Part shown: positions 60,073 through 64,000 of the stretch, piece by piece
Layout: every line of letters begins with the position of its first letter
How positions within the stretch are numbered: the first letter of the stretch is position 1
Assembly: GCA_965198225.1 (NCBI GenBank)
Contig: CBDAOY010000009.1
Coordinates: 800,001 to 864,000, forward strand
DNA length: 64,000 nt
Direction: 5' to 3'
Source: Terriglobia bacterium
Lineage (GTDB): Bacteria; Acidobacteriota; Terriglobia; 20CM-2-55-15
Position numbers and translations under genes: made by a program
The notes under the pieces: model-generated
The model's input: the letters and a program-made list of their open reading frames with translations, nothing else
Databases searched by the model: none
What the model was told of the DNA's origin: nothing

Positions 60073-60783
60073 TTACGACAACAACGTCTGGAACAGGATG
60101 CGGCCCCCGACCCACACCACCCACAGGCTCATCACGGCCACCGACCGCGTGACGATCGACATTCGGCGCGGAGCCACGTTGCCGTAGGCGATGATCAACA
60201 GGATCAGTACCCAGAACGTGATCAGGTCGAACGATTGCGCGGCGGTGAAGACGGGTCGTGACACTTCAGTCGGGTCGAGGAAGGTCGAGACGGCGATGCC
60301 GCCAAGCTCCTGAGGGTTCAGCGCCGACGACGGTATGAGCAGGACCATCAGAGTTGCCGCGATGTTTCGGATCAACAACGGGAGTTGGGCGAAGGCGGTC
60401 AGGGAAAAGAAGGTTCGGAAACCCGCGGAACTTCCCAGGATCATGAAGATTCCGAAGTATGTGCTCGACAGCAGGAGTGTGAGGACAAGAGGCCCCACCA
60501 ATGCGCCGCCAAAACCGATGTAGCGGAACGGTCCCTCGCGAGCGTTCTGCACGATCCGATCCTTCTGTTCCTCCGACAGGTTCTGGCCCTGCGGGGATTG
60601 CTCGACAGCTCGCAGGACGAATTCACCGGGATCGATGTTGAGGGTGAACACCACCGTGGTGATGAGGCCTATGACCGTCAAGACGATGATCGGCGCCCAC
60701 GCGGGGATGCGGGCCTGCGCGATCTCGTTGAATGCGGCACCCGGACTCCAGAAGGTCTTGAGGACGAGCAGCGCACCTCTCAT
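60073..60783 (-). CDS. YIP1-family membrane protein
   Basis: F.SP..AF..I start followed by about 5 TM helices. Confidence 0.7.
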   Translation of the reverse strand: MRGALLVLKTFWSPGAAFNEIAQARIPAWAPIIVLTVIGLITTVVFTLNIDPGEFVLRAVEQSPQGQNLSEEQKDRIVQNAREGPFRYIGFGGALVGPLVLTLLLSSTYFGIFMILGSSAGFRTFFSLTAFAQLPLLIRNIAATLMVLLIPSSALNPQELGGIAVSTFLDPTEVSRPVFTAAQSFDLITFWVLILLIIAYGNVAPRRMSIVTRSVAVMSLWVVWVGGRILFQTLLS

Positions 60784-60844
60784 GCGGGCATTTAATCACA
60801 ATGTTGAAACACGCGAAGCAGGAATTCAAGTGGTGGCCGGCCCC

Positions 60845-60871
60845 GGTAGTGTCCTAATTTAGGGCACTACC
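60845..60871. repeat. GGTAGTGTCC REP-like hairpin (copy 2)
   Basis: ggtagtgtcctaa-t-ttagggcactacc. Confidence 0.6.
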
Positions 60872-60923
60872 CCGGCCCGCTGCAGATCGCCTCGATCGAC
60901 TCTTCGTAGTATGGGAGAGGTTT

Positions 60924-62141
60924 TTAAGGAGAGGACCGATCCACCACTTCGACGCCATCGACGACGTCGTCAGCCGGGTGCACGATCACCGGGTCGGCCT
61001 CTGCCAGCCCGGACATCACCTGGGCCTCCAGGCCATTACGCCGCCCTACTTCGACCGCCCGAAGAGCCGCCTTGCCGTCGGCGACCGTGAACACCGCCCA
61101 TTCGGTACCGCTGCGGAACAGACTGCTCGTAGGCGCCTTCAGGGCGTCCTCGGTTTCCCATATGACGACCCGCACTTCGACCCGGTATCCGTCGCCCAGG
61201 TGCTCGGCTGCTTCGGCTGGGTCTTCGAAATCGACGATGACGTTGACGCGCTGTTCCTCCACTCCCAGCGCCGAAAGCTTTGTGAAGCCCGAGGGTTCCA
61301 CCAACCGCACCCGGCCTTCGAGCGTCATCCCGCCTCCCCACTGTTCTACCAGCACCCGATCACCGGTCGATACTTTGACGGCGTCCTCGGAAAGGAGGTC
61401 CGACACGATTTCCAACTGCAGGACGTTACCTATTTCAACCAACGGCTCCCCGGACGGAACGACGGCTTCGCTCTCGCGGAGACGCCGCAGGACGACGCCA
61501 TCGATTGGGGATCGGATGGTGATCGGGCGGGTCCCGTTGTTCCCACCCGTCGCGGCGTCGCGAGCCGCCTGCACCAGGCTGGCCTCGGCGACTTCCAGGG
61601 CCTGCTCCGCATCGCGGACGTCGAACTCCGCCGCGTTGAACCCTTCCCTTTTGCTGCGGGCCTCGAATTCGACCGTGTCGAGACGCTCCATCGCAATGAG
61701 TCCCTGCTCGGCCAGCTCCTCATAACGTTCGAGCTGAGATTCGGCGAACGCCAGCTCCTCCCGAACCCGGTCCCGCGTCGCCTGGGCGCGGCCCAGCGAT
61801 GCTTCTGCCACCCGGACGCGGGCTTCGGCTTCGGCCCGGCTGCGAACGTCAAGCAATGCGGGCTCCGCGGGAAGGAAGGCGGCAATTGGCGTCCCCCCGG
61901 CCCGGACTCTATCGCCCGGCTCCAGTTCGATCCGCAGTACACGACCGGCTACCGGTGCCGATACCACGAAGCGATCCCGGATGCGGGTTTCGCCCTCCTC
62001 ATCGATCGTCACCCGCATGGAGCCCCGGACGACCTCGCCAAAGTCCGCCTGTATCGGCCGGGGCCGGAACGAATAGACGAGAGCTCCCCCGATCGCCGCC
62101 AGGACGAGTACCCCGAACACTCTCTTGAGAAGGCGTTTCAT
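60924..62141 (-). CDS. Efflux periplasmic adaptor (HlyD/MFP family)
   Basis: VSAPVAGRV lipoyl half, coiled-coil hairpin, IRSPIDGVVL, SALGVEEQRV. Confidence 0.92.
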   Translation of the reverse strand: MKRLLKRVFGVLVLAAIGGALVYSFRPRPIQADFGEVVRGSMRVTIDEEGETRIRDRFVVSAPVAGRVLRIELEPGDRVRAGGTPIAAFLPAEPALLDVRSRAEAEARVRVAEASLGRAQATRDRVREELAFAESQLERYEELAEQGLIAMERLDTVEFEARSKREGFNAAEFDVRDAEQALEVAEASLVQAARDAATGGNNGTRPITIRSPIDGVVLRRLRESEAVVPSGEPLVEIGNVLQLEIVSDLLSEDAVKVSTGDRVLVEQWGGGMTLEGRVRLVEPSGFTKLSALGVEEQRVNVIVDFEDPAEAAEHLGDGYRVEVRVVIWETEDALKAPTSSLFRSGTEWAVFTVADGKAALRAVEVGRRNGLEAQVMSGLAEADPVIVHPADDVVDGVEVVDRSSP

Positions 62142-62147
62142 GTTTCC

Positions 62148-64000
62148 CTATTCCCGTGTCTTCAGGACTCCCACCAGGTCTAGCCGGTCGAGTCGGCGTC
62201 TGACGACCAGGCTCGACACCGCCGCGGCCGCCACCACCCCGGCGACCGCCATGCCGAACGTGGCTGGTGCCACATACAGGGGAATCCGGTACAGCTCCGT
62301 GCTGCCGATCGTGGCTACGACGAAAGCGGCGAGTCCGTATCCCAGTGCCAGTCCCAGCGGGATCGCGACCGCGGTCAGGACTGCGAACTCACCTAACAGA
62401 ATGTAGGAAATCTCTCCTTTTGTGAAGCCCATTACCCGGAGGCTGGCCAGCTCCCAACTGCGTTCCGAAAGCGAAATCCGCGCCGCGTTGTAGATCACCC
62501 CGAAAGCGATGATGCTGGAGAAGATCTGGTTGAAGAAGATGATGATGGCCATGTTGGCTTCCACAGTGTCTTTGAAGCTCTGGATGGCGGCGTTCTTCAA
62601 AGCCACCCCGACGACCGCCGGTGTCAGCTTGAACCGGCTGTAGAGCTGATCGATCATGGAGGAGTCGACCTGCAGGAACGCACCCGAGAGCACCTGCCCC
62701 TCGCGCATCATCCGGTGCAGGGCGTCCAGATCCATGTAGGCCGAGGTTCCGAGGAACTCGTCGACCAGTTCCGAGACCACGACCTCGCGAACAGGGCGGG
62801 CGCCCTCGAGAACCTCCACCGTCAGCGTGTCGCCGACTTCCGCACCGAGGATTTCGCCCAGCGTCGAGGACAGAACGATTCCTTCCGGTGGCAGTTCCAC
62901 AACATTCAGGTCGGAATCGATGACACGGTTCAGGTTGACGCCCTGGGCCAGACCCGTAATGCCTGTCTGTCTCGACCGGTGACCGAAGCGTAGCCGTGCC
63001 GGTACGGCCCGCATCGGTTCGAAGTGCATCACACCGTCGAGGCTGGCGATCTCGTACAGCGCGCGCGGCGAAGCCGGTTCCACGAACGTGACGGTCAGGT
63101 CCTGTCGTTGTGCGACGTTGAACTGGACGTCCATGGCGACCTGCATGGCGTCCAGGAAGAACATCCCGACGATCATCATCGCGGCGCCGAATGCGATGCC
63201 GAGTGAGGACAGCGCCGCACGGAACGGCCGTCGCGAGAGGTTGCGGAAGATCATCCGGGTCGATGGCGATACCCAGCCGCCGGCGATTCGCTCGATCAGA
63301 CTGACCCGGTACTTCGCCGGCGCCTGCGGTCGCATCGCTTCGGCGGGAGGCAGCCGGACTGCCCTCCCCACGGCGCCGCGTGCCCCCAGCAAGGCTGCGG
63401 CGATGCTGACGAGCGTCGCGGTCGCGATGACGTTCGGCGAAATCCGAAACGCCAGCAGCGGAAAACGGAAGAATTCGTTGTAGAGCGTCACGAGCGAGGA
63501 AGCCAGCCACACGCCCGACGCCATCCCGAGCCCGATCCCTATAACGGCCACCAGCAGGGCGAACTTGTAGTAGTGCATCCCGACTTCGAAGTTGGAGTAG
63601 CCGAGTGCTTTCAATGCGGCGATTTGTTCCCGCTGGACCGCGATGATCCGGTTCAGGACGACGTTCAACAGGAATGCGGCGACGGCCAGGAAGATGATCG
63701 GGACGAGCGTTCCGAAACTCTGAAGCTGGGTGAACTCGTTTTCCAGGAACCAGTGGGAAAGCTGCAGCGACCGAGGCGTGGCGCCCAACCCTCCGTATCG
63801 CTCCAGCATCTGGTCCAGTCGCATGATGACATCTTCTTCGCTTCCGCCCGACATCAGTCGGATCGAGACATCGTTGAACGCGCCTTCCATGTCGTACGCT
63901 GCGGCCAGTTCACGCTCCTCCATCCAGAGGATGCCCCAGCGTTCGTCGTCCGGCATGATGTCACCGGGCCGGAACGTGTACACGAATTCGGGCGACAGCG
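62148..64000 (-). CDS. MacB/FtsX-family ABC transporter permease, 5' truncated by window edge
   Basis: QREQIAALKALGY, PAEAMRP, ER..ELASLR..GF; frame open to the window edge. Confidence 0.92.
   Translation of the reverse strand, partial: LSPEFVYTFRPGDIMPDDERWGILWMEERELAAAYDMEGAFNDVSIRLMSGGSEEDVIMRLDQMLERYGGLGATPRSLQLSHWFLENEFTQLQSFGTLVPIIFLAVAAFLLNVVLNRIIAVQREQIAALKALGYSNFEVGMHYYKFALLVAVIGIGLGMASGVWLASSLVTLYNEFFRFPLLAFRISPNVIATATLVSIAAALLGARGAVGRAVRLPPAEAMRPQAPAKYRVSLIERIAGGWVSPSTRMIFRNLSRRPFRAALSSLGIAFGAAMMIVGMFFLDAMQVAMDVQFNVAQRQDLTVTFVEPASPRALYEIASLDGVMHFEPMRAVPARLRFGHRSRQTGITGLAQGVNLNRVIDSDLNVVELPPEGIVLSSTLGEILGAEVGDTLTVEVLEGARPVREVVVSELVDEFLGTSAYMDLDALHRMMREGQVLSGAFLQVDSSMIDQLYSRFKLTPAVVGVALKNAAIQSFKDTVEANMAIIIFFNQIFSSIIAFGVIYNAARISLSERSWELASLRVMGFTKGEISYILLGEFAVLTAVAIPLGLALGYGLAAFVVATIGSTELYRIPLYVAPATFGMAVAGVVAAAAVSSLVVRRRLDRLDLVGVLKTRE

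Overview
GC-rich bacterial window. The gene content (DUF1592/DUF1552/ankyrin triad, Ser/Thr kinase with TolB-like repeats, PQQ-propeller protein) suggests Acidobacteriota; this is inference only. The centrepiece (about 34-50.5 kb) is a putative anoxia/extracellular-electron-transfer island. It has a translationally coupled mtrC-mtrA(DmsE-family)-mtrB porin-cytochrome operon whose MtrC lacks a lipobox. It also has a four-domain 'MWNH' tetraheme cytochrome, a NapC/NirT-type membrane hexaheme cytochrome, a small monoheme cytochrome, a hemerythrin-domain protein, USPs, pfkA, and a Cys-rich PAS kinase/sigma54 activator pair behind a consensus sigma54 promoter. Mobile DNA is abundant: a tyrosine-recombinase + IS91-type HUH transposase element with unexpected inverted ends, an IS256 splitting nhaC, an IS1182, a MITE inside an opp operon, a tRNA-Gly 3' remnant, at least three REP-like hairpin families, and a 56-bp hairpin insertion that frameshifts a fabG-like gene. 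Several small gene remnants indicate ongoing decay. No rRNA, intact tRNA or CRISPR array was seen. All calls come from reading the sequence; no database searches were run.
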